A stretch of 64,000 bases of DNA from positions 1 through 64,000 of the forward strand of contig CAUYUJ010000328.1 of the NCBI GenBank assembly GCA_963575745.1, written 5' to 3'. The stretch comes from Prorocentrum cordatum. Lineage: Eukaryota. The number at the start of each line of letters is the position of its first letter. The stretch's first letter is position 1. Below the pieces are notes generated by a model. The model was not told the DNA's origin and ran no database searches. It saw only the letters and a program-made list of their open reading frames with translations. This document shows positions 49,980-62,268 of the stretch, one piece after another. A program made the translations under genes and the position numbers.

Positions 49980-51289
49980 TCGACCCCACCTACTCGGAGC
50001 CCATGTAGGAGGCCTCTAGAAGGGCAATGCCCCACGTCGAAGAGGAGGCGACGGCATAAACAGAAACCTTCGGGGTTTCGCGCGGATTGCTCGGATCGGC
50101 GCGGGCCCCCCCCTGGCGGCGCCTCCGGCGCCGCCCCAGGCGCCCTCCACCGCACGCCAGGGGAGTGGGCCCAGCGACGAGAGGCCGCCGAAAGGTTCGC
50201 GCTTGAACGATCCACGCGGTGGCGCAAGGCGGAAACCAGTGCGGAAGTGGGCACGACGCGAATCTGCTGCATGGCCGGCGCTTTGTGCGCCTGGACCTGG
50301 CCGCCGCCGTCGGCCGTTCGCGCGACGGTGCCCTGCGGGTGGTGCACTGCCGAGCCCTACGGTCGTTACCCGGCTACGCGGTGCGTCGCCCGGTCGGCCG
50401 TCTGCGCGTCTGTGTGTGGTGACGTGCGGTTACAGCCCAATGGCTGGCGCCCCGTGGTTGGTACCTTGTGGTCGGTGCCCTATGCACGGGCGGTGACTTG
50501 ACGTGCCCCGTGGTGCGCTGTGCGTCGCGGTCGTTCGCACGTGGGTGCTTCACGGGTGGTGTCGTGTTCTGAGCGCCGTTTGGTCAGGGGGGGTATTTCG
50601 GTCCGACCGATCTGGTTCGACGTCGGTTGTGCTCGGCGCCATCCGATTCGATTCCGTCGATGCCGTCCGATGCTCGCACGGCGCCGTTGTGCATGGGTGG
50701 TGCGTTGCCGTGCCCTGCGTTGCGCCGTGTGTCGCGGTCGTTCGCGCGGTGGCGCCTCATGGTTGGTGCCCCACAGTCAAGATGCTGAGAGAAGGACAAG
50801 CTCAAGTTCGGAAGGCGTTCGCTGTTCCTTCGGGTCCTTCCCTGGTTGTGCCTCTTAGCGTCTTAGCGCTCCTCGCGCACCTGGGCGTGCATCTGGTGTT
50901 CTCGATGGTCGTGGTTTGATTGTTCATGGTTGGAGCCCCCTGGCTGGTGCCATATGGCTAGTGCGCTGTGGTCAGTGCCCTGCGGCTTGCGCCACACGGT
51001 TGCCACAACGGATGTGCAAGAACCTCCTCCTCCTCCTCCTCCTCTTCCTCCTCCTCCTCCTCCTCCTCCCTCCCTCCCTCCCTCCCTCCCTCCCCCCCTC
51101 CCTGTTATTTGGGCCTCCCTGCGGCGGCCCCTTCCTTTTCGGCGCCCCAGGGGGAGGACCAGGTGCCCGCCGGGCACAGCAGTCCGACGATTCGGCGCTG
51201 GTGGTCTGGGCCCCGGAAGCGGCCCCCAGAGTCGGTCACGCGTGAGAGTGGCTCTTCGTTGGGGTCACGGTTGGCGCGCCGCCTTCGGG

Positions 51290-51325
51290 TTGTGTGTGTG
51301 TGGTTGTGTGTGTGTGGTGTGTGTG

Positions 51326-51369
<44 letters not shown>

Positions 51370-51486
51370 GCGTGTGCGTGTCCGTGTGCGTGTGCGTGTG
51401 CGTGTGCGTGTGCGTGTGCGTGTGCGTGTGCGTGTGCGTGTGCGCGTGTGCGCGTGTGTGCGTGTGTGCGTGTGTGTGTGCGTGTG

Positions 51487-51526
<40 letters not shown>

Positions 51527-51671
51527 TGTGTGTGCGCGTGTGTGTGTGTGCGTGTGTGCGTGTGTGTGGTGTGTGCGTGTGTGTGTGTGTGTGTGTGTGC
51601 GCGTGTGCGCGTGTGTGCGTGTGTGCGTGTGTGCGTGTGTGCGTGTGTGCGTGTGTGCGTGTGTGCGTGTG

Positions 51672-51711
<40 letters not shown>

Positions 51712-51805
51712 TGTGTGTGTGCGTGTGTGCGTGTGTGTGTGTTGTGTGTGTGTGCGTGCGTGTGTGTGTGTGTGTGTGTTGTGTGTGTGTGTGTGTTGTG
51801 TGTGT
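51290..51805. repeat. (GT)n/(GCGT)n compound microsatellite
   Basis: Direct reading. Confidence 0.97.
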
Positions 51806-52201
51806 GGGGCAAACCCCAAGCCCAAGCACGCATGCCGCCACTGGTCGCAGCACGCGCAGCGGTCAGCGCGCCGCGCTGCAACAGGCCAGTCTTGCCCGTG
51901 TGCGTGCAGCCGGCAGAGGCCGAGGCGAAGGAGAGACGCCGCGACCGACAGGACTGGTCAGCCAGAGGTTCCTGGGGAGGCCAGGGGTAGCCGCGGGCAC
52001 CCGCTCGCCAGGCGATCCTCCGCCAGGGCGGCGCCGCTGGACTGCACTCGCTGAACAGGCCGCCGCGCCTCCGGGCTGCCGCCGTCGTCGTCGGAGCCGC
52101 TGCCGCCGTCATCGTCGGAGCCGCCGTCGCCGTCGGAGTCGGAGCCGCTGACGCCGTCAGAGTCGGAGCCGCCGCCGCCGTTGGAGCCGTCGCTGGAGTT
52201 G

Positions 52202-52254
<53 letters not shown>

Positions 52255-53809
52255 TTCGGAGGCTCTCGGAGGTCTTCGGGGGCTTCTGAGCCGTTGTCGT
52301 CGGAGGGGTGGGGAGAAAGAGCCGAGAGTGGATAGAGGAGGAGGAGGAGGAGGAGGAGGAGGAGGAGGAGGAGGAGGAGGAGGAGGAGGAGGAGGAGGAG
52401 GAGGAGTGGGTGAACGTGGATACAGGGGTGGGGAGGGAGGAGGGGGGGAGGAGGAGGAGGGGGGCAGGAGGAGGAGGAGGAGGAGGAGGAGGAGGAGGAG
52501 GAGGAGGAGGAGGAGGAGGAGGGATGGGAGGAAGTAGGGACAGAGAGATCGCGAATGAGGAGGAGGACCGGAGTAAACCCATACACCTTCCTCGCCCAAT
52601 TCCCCTCGTCGTAAGTTCCTACGCCCAGTTCGCTACACTAAGCGACCCTTCGACAGACCATCACCCGCAGGGCCAGCCATTCCGACGAGAGTGCCGCTCT
52701 GAAAAGAACATGCCCAGCGCGCAGTATGGAATGCGAGAAAATGCAATTCAACGAGGTACCCAGCGATATCCCCGTTTTTTGAAGAACTGCCGCCCCCGTC
52801 TGTGCAATCGCTGCGCGCACTTGAATCAGGAGGGAGAAAGCACACACTGACACAATTCATCGTCGACTCCCCACAAAATATGGGAACATACGGGACGTGG
52901 GGGGGAAGACAGACACCCAGAAAGCATGGGAACATCTGGGGAATCCTGGGACTTGTGCGTATTCGTCTGTGTGTCCCTGGGCCCCTTCAGCTGGAGCTCT
53001 GGGCACGCACGCCGAGAAACAAAAACAACCAAACATGCTCCGAAGAGGAAAGGGCCCTCCGCCCGTGCAGGGCTGGCACGCGAGGCGCTCCGGAAGGGGC
53101 CTCTCTCGCCCTCGAAGGTCGACGACGGCGATGTGTCATCTCTTCCGCGGCGGCAGGCGGCAGAGCGGCGGCAGGGCGGCGGAAGTAGACCGAAGCCGGC
53201 GGAAGGGCGGCGGAAGGGCGGCAGAAATATAAGAAGAGTCGAACGGCGCGAAGATCGGGACGAAATCGGATCGGGATAGCTCGAAATCTCTGAGAGTCGG
53301 CGGGTTTGGAGGATGTATTGGGCGCCGCGGCCGCTCCAGAGCGTTCCGGAACGCTCTGAGAGCGCTCCGGAACGCTCTGGAGCGATTTATCCCGATCCTA
53401 GCCCTGTTTTAAAGAGGTGCGCCCCCAAGAGATGACACCGTGTCTGGGGTTCGTGGTTTCCGCAATCCGCCACGCACGTGTCAGGTGGTCGTCTCTTATG
53501 AGCCTTTGGAGGGAAGTCGGAGCGAAGGCCCCATGACGAGAAGGAGGCGTCCACTATCCCGGTAGCGGCTGCGAGCTCTGAGGACACACGTGCGCGGCGC
53601 GGAGGCGAGAGCCCCCAGTGTCGAAGACGACCCACATCCATCCTCGGACCGGTTGCAAGCTGCAAGTTGTTACAAAGAGCCTGCCAGGCCCGACGACGAG
53701 ATCGCCATTTTGAGAACCACCCCTCCCCAGTCTTGAAGTTCTTACGAACTTTCAAAAAGGATGTGCGCCGTGCTGAGGCGAGGGCAACATTTTGAAATTG
53801 CCCCCCTCC

Positions 53810-54058
53810 GCACACACACACACATGTGCACGCACACACAACACACAACAAACACAACACACAACACACACACACGACACACACACACGACACACACGAC
53901 ACACACACACACACACACACACTACACACACGACGCATAGCACACACAACACACAACACACAACACACAACACACAACACACACACAAACACAAACACAC
54001 ACACACACAAACACCCACACACACACAAACATAAACACACAACACACACGCACACACA
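53810..54058. repeat. (CA)n compound microsatellite
   Basis: Direct reading. Confidence 0.95.
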
Positions 54059-54814
54059 TTTTTGAACCAGTTGCAAGTTTCAAGCTTCCTTATCAGAGAA
54101 CGATGAGAACCTCTTAGGCGAAACGCTGGGCCCGCCTTAACCGATACGTCTGGGGGTGCGACAGGGGGATTCTTTGGAAGGGTAGTTAGGCGAAAAAGGG
54201 ATGGAGGAGAGAGGGGGGGATGGCAGAGAGGATGGATGGGGCAGGAGGATCGAGGTGGGGGAGTGGAGAGGAGCGGGAGGCGGAGGAAGAAATTGAGGAG
54301 GGGGAGGACGAGAAGGGAGAGGAAGGGGATGGAAGAGGAGAAGGGAAGAGGAAGGAAGAGGATGCCAGAGGACGACGAGGTGAAGGAGGCGGTGAACAAC
54401 GAGGGAATCGGAGTTGCATGGAAATCTCGAGGATCCTTCAACGTTGAACTTAACTTGTCGTGTCCAGTGTTCATGTGATTTGGTGGGGTCCAGAAGGAAC
54501 AAATGCGACGGGCGGCTTTTGGCAAGATTTGGCGGCGGCCATAGCGGGGTCCCTGAGATCCTTGCGCATTTTTCAACAACGAGCGGCTTGACCTTGCGTC
54601 GGGCTCTTGGACACTCACGGGTCGATCTGGCTCGATAGATGCTGCACAAAGATGGGGCCCCGGGCTCCGGTCGAGTTTTGTATGTTGTTGCAAATTCGTC
54701 GTGACGTCGTGTCTCGAGGGTGGCGTGAGGGCGGTGGCCTTCTGAGAAAGCAGTGGGGGTTCTTAGAAAGAAGGAGACTAACTGAGAAGGGCCCAGATTC
54801 TAAGATGCCTTCTT

Positions 54815-55003
54815 TCGGCGGTGAGCTGGGGGGGGAAGTGAGAAGGGGCGGGCCTTCTCCGAAGGCTCGGAAGCTCCCCGGCCTTCTGAGAAGTTTTCTA
54901 AACCTTCCCCGGAGATGCAGAGCACTTGTCAGAAGGCGCGAGGGCTTCTGGGAAGTCCCGCCGCCTTCCGAGAAGGCCTTCTCCTTCTCACTTCCCCCCC
55001 TCG
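54815..55003. mobile_element. MITE family F copy
   Basis: ggggggggaagtgagaagg ... ccttctcacttccccccc inverted ends; core matches 45548-45746. Confidence 0.8.
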
Positions 55004-56208
55004 TCACGGGCACCCCCAGAGCGCCCTCCGCGAGGCGCAGCTGCTGGCAGGCGTCCCGTGGCTGGAAAACCGCCGAGAACCGACGCAAACGCCCGAACAC
55101 CTCGAACCCCGAACCTCCTCCTCCTCCTCCTCCTCCTCCTCCTCCTCCTCCTCCTCCTCCTCCTCCTCACTTCCCCCCCTCGCTGTCCGTCGCTTCTTCG
55201 AGGCCGCCAGGCTCTTCAAGGAGGCCCCCTGCCTTCTGAGAGCGCCCGGCCCTGCCTTCTCGGAAGGCCGCCCCCTGCGCGCCAACCCGTTGTGGGCGCT
55301 GCCAGATCGTTTGGCTTCCTGGGCTCGGGGGCCGTGAGAGACGACTCGGAACAAGGATCGGGCCGGACGAAAGGGGGGGGAGAGGGAAAGGGGGGGGTAT
55401 GCAGCTGGCTTCGGCCCCACCGAGGGGCCCACTTCTCGATGCATGGCCGCCTCCGGCGCCGGGAGGCGCCGGGAAAGTCAGCTACGTGAGCTGATTCTCA
55501 AATCCCCCCCCTTTGTAATCCCCCCCTTTCGCCCAGCCCGAAAGAAGCCGGTCCCCAGGAAGGAATCCAGGTTTCTGGGGCGTGCCACGGTGTGAAACAA
55601 AAAGTCGCGACGTCGAAAGCAGGACTCTGTAAGTTGCGCAAGCGTAGACGTCCGAGAGTCCGTGCGGATGTTTTCGCATCGGCGTGGGGCCTTTTTGGCG
55701 GCGCCTCCTGCGCCGCCCCTGGTGCGCTCAGCGCCAGCCCCAGAGTGCCAGAGATCCGCGCAGTCTTCCCAGAGTTTCTGTTTCTGCAAGTCTTTGGCTC
55801 TTTTGGAGAGACGTCCCTGGCTCAAGGCGTCTCCAGGATGCCCCGGGAGGCTCCCAAGGCCTCCAGGGCACCCCATCACGAGGCCCAGGGACAGAGCGGG
55901 CAGCGTGGTTGCCAGAGACGCGCAGCGAGGAGAGAGTGAAGGGCGAGGAGGAGAAGGGCAGGACAAGTGAGCTCGGGTGAGCTCGTCGGGCGAGCGTGGC
56001 GCGTGAGTCTTTTCCAACAGGAGCGTCGCGAGGCCCAGAGGGCCCCAGGGGCCCCAGCACTTGCGCGACCAGCCGAGGACGCCTCGGGCCAGGAGCACCT
56101 CTGGCAGCCCCCGATCGTGGACCGCGCGCTGCCCCGACCTCGAACACAGATGGCGCCGGGCGTGTTTTGCTTCGCCTCTGGGGGCCGGGTGGCCAGAGAG
56201 GAGTTTTA

Positions 56209-56377
56209 GGCTGAAGTCGGGCCTGTCCCTCTAGAGGAGGAAGATTCAAAAGTAGTCCCAAAATAGTCAGGGGACCATGTCTTGAGCATTTGTTTAGACA
56301 GTTTGTGTAGTTTTGGGTGTATTGTTTGATTTTTCGTCCAGAATCCCCCTGTAGGGGGGACAGGCCCGACCTAATTT
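56209..56377. mobile_element. MITE family A copy flanked by TA on both sides
   Basis: TA|ggctgaagtcgggcctgtccctcta ... tagggggg.acaggcccgacctaattt|TA. Confidence 0.85.
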
Positions 56378-56598
56378 TAGAATCGCATGTGCGACAGGTG
56401 TTTTCGCAGCTGCACAGGTCGCCGCTCCGGCGCGCGCCCTTCTCCGTCTCGGGGAGAGGGCGCCTCGGGAGCCTCGGGGGTAGAATCCACCCGCCCCTCG
56501 GGCGCAAGGGGTTCGCCGTGGGCCTGCGCCGTGGTGTCGGCTTCGGCTTGGGCGCGCCGAGAACAGATTGCGCTGCGACGCGTTTGGTTTTTATTCAG

Positions 56599-56683
56599 AT
56601 CTTCGCGTTGGAGGACCTGCCCCAGCTGACCCTGGTGGTGCTGGTGTCGCAGTTCCTTGCTCCTCTGCAGCCGCTCGCCTCGG
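56599..56683 (+). CDS. Candidate exon of a transmembrane protein with an EDLPQ motif
   Basis: tttttattcag|ATC TTC GCG TTG GAG GAC CTG CCC CAG = IFALEDLPQLTLVVLVSQFL; strong GC3 bias; boundaries uncertain. Confidence 0.45.
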
Positions 56684-58826
56684 GTCACGGGCGCGCCGCG
56701 GCGCTTTCCGCGCCTGCCTCGACGGGGTGTGGCCCAAATCCCTTAGGAATCGTCCCGCAGGTCAGGTTCTTTCAGGCGCCTTTGTTGTAACTGGGGCGGT
56801 CTGGTGTATTAGGGCGCTTTCTCCGGATTGGAGCTTAGGGGGTCTGGTTCCTTAACAAGCGCCCCGTCGAAGAGGGGGGTCCGGACTATGAGGTCGCATT
56901 TGAATGGGTGTGTGGCTTTGTCGGGGGGGTCGGTTGAGAAGGGATCTGGGGTATACTTCTCGTGATCGTTGCTCACGGCGCAGCGTGTGAGGCAGACAGG
57001 CTCTGGATGAGCCTGGCGTGCGGCGGGCTGCCTCCCGGGGCGGGGGCGGCAGCGCGGGGAGGGGGAGGGTTTGCAGTAGCATGGCGCTGCGCTCGGAGGG
57101 AGGCTGCAGGCGGAGGCAGGGTCGCATGCCGGCGCCCCGCGGCGGTCGAGAGAGGGTTGCGCGCGGGAGCGCGCGAGGAGTCGGGACTGCACATTTCTCG
57201 AGCGCGAGAGATGCCCGTAGCCTTACCCAGGCGGGGTGGCACGGGGCGGGGGGAGCGACGACACGCCGCAGCCGAAGGCGGTTGCGCAACTGCAGATGCG
57301 ACGGCCCATGGAACATCACAGGACGCTGTCTTCTCGGGGCATCCGCTGGCACCGAAGGCGCGCGCGTTCCAGTCGGCAGAGTGGCCGACCGCGCATTGGT
57401 CGCTCTCGGGCCAGAGTAGCTCGTTCGGACGTGCGCCCACGAAGGCGCACAATCAAGCGTTTGGGGCTCGACGCGCAAAATGCGTCCTGGGTGTCCTGGG
57501 CGGGCGCCGCTGCAATCCCGCGCTCGCCCCAAACGCATGGGGCCCCGAACGCCAGGCGCGGTCGCCAGGGGCTGCTCCCTGGAAAACCCGCCTGGCGTCA
57601 CCCCAGCTAGGTCGGGGTACGTGTCGGGGGGCGCAGTCGCCGACGCGCGTTGATGGTGCCCCCAGACACGTACCCGTACCTAGTCGAGGTGGCGGTTGGT
57701 CGAAATCGCGCTCGGGCGCACGCGCGGCCCCCGAGAGCGCTCCCGAACGCGGCCGCAGCGGCCCCCCCGGGGAGCGTGAGATTGCAACGACGCTCGCGCG
57801 GGCAGGCCCAAACGCAACGGAGCGGTGGTGCCTGTCCCCAGATGGGACAGGCACCGCCACTCCAATGCTGCTCTAAACCCCGCGGACACCCCCGATGCCC
57901 CCAGATGTCCCTGCCTGACGCACGCCAGGGCATGTCGCTGCAAACAAAACACCAGCCAATCAGGGTGTCGCTGCGTCCTGACGCGCGGATGCTGAAACAG
58001 CGCGCGCGCGCGGCAGGCTGATCGGGCGCAGTGGCAAGCGCCCAATCCAGCGGACGGCCCTTTTCTCCCAGGCCGACCCTGGGTAAGGGTATGTTTAGGA
58101 CCAATGAACATTGGGGTTGCGAGGGCGGACCGTTCGAGGTCTGCGGAAGTGCGCGAGGCACTTCGAGATAGCAAGACGGAGACAGACCAGCGTAGCGAAG
58201 CACGCATACATATTTATGTATATTTGGAGAGAGAGAGAGAGAGAGAGACAGGGAGAGGAGAAACAGATAACGAGATAGATAGAGAGGGTTGCAGGAGGCA
58301 GCGTCTGCAGACATCTAGAGGGCGAACATCATCATGACAGGAGCTTGGAGGAGTATAGTAACAGGAGAGAGGGAAGGGGAGCGAAAGAGAGAGAGAGAGA
58401 GAGTGAGAGGGAGAGAGAGAGAGCTGCTGTAGGGGGCAGCGTCTGAAGGCAGCGATCGGTGAACCTACCCGCGAGACGTAGGGAGCAGGCATTCTGGATG
58501 CCCGGACCCCACCTCTGCTCTTAGGCGCCTGCCTGCCTCAGGAGGCGCGCAGGTCTTTCCTGCTCCCTCCCCAAGAGTCGGGCGGAAGCCCGAGCTACTG
58601 CAACGCCTTCCTGCTTCATGTTTCTACCGACTTCATGGTGTGGGTCGTCTGGAGAGTGGGTAGCGGGAGCAGACGGGGCACGAGCCGAGCTCGTGTATTC
58701 CCACGCGTGCGTCCGTTCATCGTTGTCGCCAGGCCTGCGCCTACGGTTCGGGTCACCGTGTTGCCGTCGCTGCGCGCAGCATCTGGAGCCGGAGTGCACT
58801 GTGACACCCTGTGATCTGCTCTGCAG

Positions 58827-58859
58827 GCTCTTCATGAGGATGGACCAGGACAAAGACAG
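58827..58859 (+). CDS. Candidate 33-nt micro-exon encoding an EF-hand-like loop start
   Basis: ctctgcag|G CTC TTC ATG AGG ATG GAC CAG GAC AAA GAC AG|gc = LFMRMDQDKD; AG|G acceptor and AG|GC donor. Confidence 0.35.
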
Positions 58860-59034
58860 GCATCTTTTTTAGCTTCTGCATGTCGGGATGCGGGAGGCGC
58901 AGCTGGGGGAGAGTCGAGATGGGCGGGGTAGCAAGGTAATTAGAGGGCGCCCTCTGCCGCGAGACCAACGCGACGACGAGAGCAGCGAGGAGAGCGAGGA
59001 GGAGATCGACGAAAGGGTACAGATTGTCTCCGTA

Positions 59035-59212
59035 TGACCTTCGGATCTCCGCGCGGGTTTCCGGGATCGGCGCTGGGCCCCCCGGGCGGCGCACCCAGCG
59101 CCGCTCCCTGGCGCGTTCCGCGCGCTTCAGGGAGGGGGCCCAGCGCCGCTCCGAGACGTCCGCGCGGATCTGCGAACGGAGCGTTATGCCGATACCGCTT
59201 CTTCTTCCCCTA
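59035..59212. mobile_element. Diverged MITE family B copy
   Basis: tccgcgcgg...gatcggcgctggg ... cccagcgccg.tccgaga..tccgcgcgga ... ttcccc|TA; partial relatives at ~50055-50180 and 55655-55790. Confidence 0.7.
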
Positions 59213-60504
59213 GACAACACTCGGGGGTGGACAGAACCCCCAACAGTGACACGTCGATTAGTGAATTGTCCGTTTTCGGTTCTCGAGAGGGCGCCGTGGC
59301 CGTTATTTTCCAGGCTTGCGCCCGCCAGGTTTGGGCGTCAGGTCGTTTTCACTAAACCACGTTTTACTAAAGGGGGGTCTGTCCATCCCCGAAACACCCA
59401 GCACACACATCCACGCGCCCCCCAGATTTACCCGTGCTTGTTGTCGGGTGGGCGTCTCAGCTCGAACGTGTATGTTGATGCAGTGCTGGGGGGAGGCGAA
59501 TGGCAAGCAAGGCAGAGTGCGACGTCGACTGCAAGGACCAGAGCGACGACGGGAGCAGGGAGGAGGGAAAGTAGCCAGGAGGAAGTAACACAGAGACACG
59601 ATGCATCGTCGACCCCCCAGAAAATATGGAAAACATGGGGGCAGTGGAGGGGAAGGCGAACATCCAGAGAGCATGAAAAAATATGGGGGCATCCTGGGAT
59701 CCGTGTCTATTGATTTATGTGTGCCCCTTGGCTCCTTTGAGGAAGAAGATTGGGAATCCTTGGATTTGTGTCGATGTATTTGTGTGTGTGTGTCCCTGGG
59801 CCCCTTTGAGGAGGAGGGACGAGGGGGGGAAGGGGAGGGGCGAGGGGGGGGAGGAGGAGGGGCGAGGAAGGGCAGCAGGCGGAGAAGAGGGGCGAGGAGG
59901 GGCAGGAGGGGGACGAGGAGGGGGAGGAAGAGGGGCAAGGGGGCCGGAAGAAGCTTGAACCCGGAAATTCCCCCGCAACCCAAAAATGGGCAGGCTTCAG
60001 CCCGAAATCCCGACAGGGGCGAGACCCGAAAACGCTGGAGGCCCAAACCTGAAACTCCAGGAGGGGCGAGATCCGACAAGCTGGGAGGGGGCCCACCTAG
60101 AGAAGCTGAGGAGGGGATCTCGAAGGAAGCAGGGCGAGGTAGTAGGCGGCAGGAGGTCTGAGGAGTGGGAGGGGGAAGGAGATGGCAGCAGGGACGAGGC
60201 GGTGGGACAAGCCAGGGTGCAGCTGGAGGAGGCTCGTGGGCGCAGGATGGGGTAGGACAAGGCAGACACGGGTAGGATACCTACGAAGGCAACGGAGAGG
60301 GTAGTAGGGCGGTAGAAGTCAACCCGTGGATTTGTGTTTTGGCTTATCGGATGTTGGGTAGCGCGTCGGCGAGTGGTGTGTTCCATCGGGTACCTCAGCG
60401 TGGTCCGTTTGTGCTGTCTGCGACGTTGGCGGTTGTTTAGAGGTCTTCTTATTTGTTTGCTGCCCTGTCGTTGCCCTGTTGCGAATGAGTGGCTGTGTAC
60501 GTGT

Positions 60505-61340
60505 TGCCGCCCCACGGCGTTGTCACGTGGCGAATCGAATGGAAGATCTGTGTTTGCCTCCCAGGCGTTGCTACGTGGCGAGTAGAAGGATAGTTGTATA
60601 TGTTCGGTCGGTCCGCGCAGCATTGCCACGTGATGAGTAAGGCGGAGATATACTTATTGTTCTTTCCCCATTCCATTGCCACGTGGCGAGTAGGCTGGGA
60701 TAGTTTTTTAGGTTGCTTCTCAGGCGTTGCCATGTGGGGAGTAGAGTGGAGTCACATGTGGTCCTCTGCTTTATTGCTACGTGCCGAGTAGAGTGGAGTA
60801 ATTTTGCTTCGCCCCGCAGATGCTGCAACGAGGCGAGTCGAGTGCAGTAGTATTTGTTCCCCCCTTCTGCGCATTGCCACGTGGCAAGGATAGTGGAGCA
60901 GTAGTTGTTTCGCTCACTGGCGTTGCCACGTGGCGCGCGCGAGCGGGCGCGCGCGCGCGGGCGGGCGGGTGGGCGCGCGGCGGGCTGGCGGGCGGGCGCG
61001 CGGGCGGGCGGGCGGGCAGGCGGGTGGGCGGGCGGCGGGCGCGCGCGCGCGCGCGCTGGCGGGCGGGCGGGTGCTCGGGCGTTCGCTCCGCAGGCAATGC
61101 CACGTGGCGAGTACAGTGAAGTTCTATTTGTTTCCCCTTCCGAGCGCTGTCACGTGGCGAGGAGATTGGAGCAGTATTTGTGTCGCTCCCCCGGCGTTGC
61201 TTTCCGCCCCGCAGGCGCTGCCACGTCGCGAGGAGAGTGGAGTAGCATATATTTCGCCCCCAATGCGTTTGCCACGTGGCGAGTAAAGTGGAATAGTTTC
61301 AATGCCCGCCCCGCAGGCTTGACCGCGTGCGGAGTAGAGG
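60505..61340. repeat. ~50-bp degenerate satellite with a GCCACGTGGC core, block 1 (interrupted by a (GGGC)n tract at 60932-61075)
   Basis: Consensus cgcccc.caggcgttgccacgtggcgagtagagtggagtagt; ~14 units. Confidence 0.85.
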
Positions 61341-61344
61341 GACT

Positions 61345-62030
61345 AGGGAGGAGGAGCGAGGAGCGAGGAGGGAAGTGGGGCAGGAGGCAGGAGGCAGGAG
61401 GCAGGAGGCAGGAGGGAGGAGGGAGGAGGAGGAGGAGGAGGAGGAGGAGGAGGAGGGAGGAGGCGGAGGAGGAGGAGGAGGAGGAGGAGGAGGAGGAGGA
61501 GGAGGAGGGAGGAGGAGGAGGAGGAGGAGGAGGAGGAGGAGGAGGAGGAGGAGGAGGAGGAGGAGGAGGAGGAAGAGAGGAGGAGGAGGAGGAGGAGGGA
61601 GGAGGAGGAGGAGGAGGAGGAGGAGGAGCAGGAGGCAGGAGGAGGAGGAGGAGGAGGAGGAGGAGGAGGAGGAGGAGGAGGAGGAGGAGGAGGAGGAGGA
61701 GGAGGAGGAGGAGGAGGAGGAGGAGGAGGAGGAGGAGGAGGAGGAGGAGAGGAGGAGGAGGAGAGGAGGAGGAGGAGGAGGAGGAGGAGGAGGAGGAGAG
61801 GAGAGGAGGAGGAGAGGAGGAGGAGGAGGAGGAATGAGAAGGGAGGTAGGAGGCAGGAGGCAGGAGGCAGGGGGGCGGACTGGCGAGACGAGGCAGGAGC
61901 CAAGAGGAGCAGGGAAGAGGGAAAACGGAGGAGGGAGGACAGGAGGGTGGGAGGCGTGGGAGGACAAGCGAGAATGGTGAGGAGGAGGAGGAGGAGGAGG
62001 AGGAGGAGGAGGAGGAGGAGGTGGTGGGAG
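61345..62030. repeat. (GAG)n microsatellite
   Basis: Direct reading. Confidence 0.95.
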
Positions 62031-62089
62031 GAGAGGGAGGTGGGAGGATCGGAAAGTTGACGAGGAGGACGGGGACGAGCGAGGAGGAG

Positions 62090-62268
62090 AGGTGGAGGAC
62101 GAACGAGTAGGGGGAGGGGGGGAGGTGGAGGACGAACGAGTAGGGGGAGGGGGGGGCTGAAGGAGGAAGATGAACGCAGTGGAGGACGAACGAGTAGGGG
62201 GAGGGGGGGAGGTGGAGGACGAACGAGTAGGGGGAGGGGGGGGCTGAAGGAGGAAGATGAACGCAGTG
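62090..62268. repeat. Recent nested tandem duplication (32-bp sub-unit within an ~87-bp unit)
   Basis: gtggaggacgaacgagtagggggagggggg x4; ctgaaggaggaagatgaacgcagtg x2. Confidence 0.9.

Noticed and set aside
51290..54058. Large inverted repeat formed by the (GT)n and (CA)n tracts
   Set aside because: Complementarity is only that of simple dinucleotide repeats; the flanks are not homologous.
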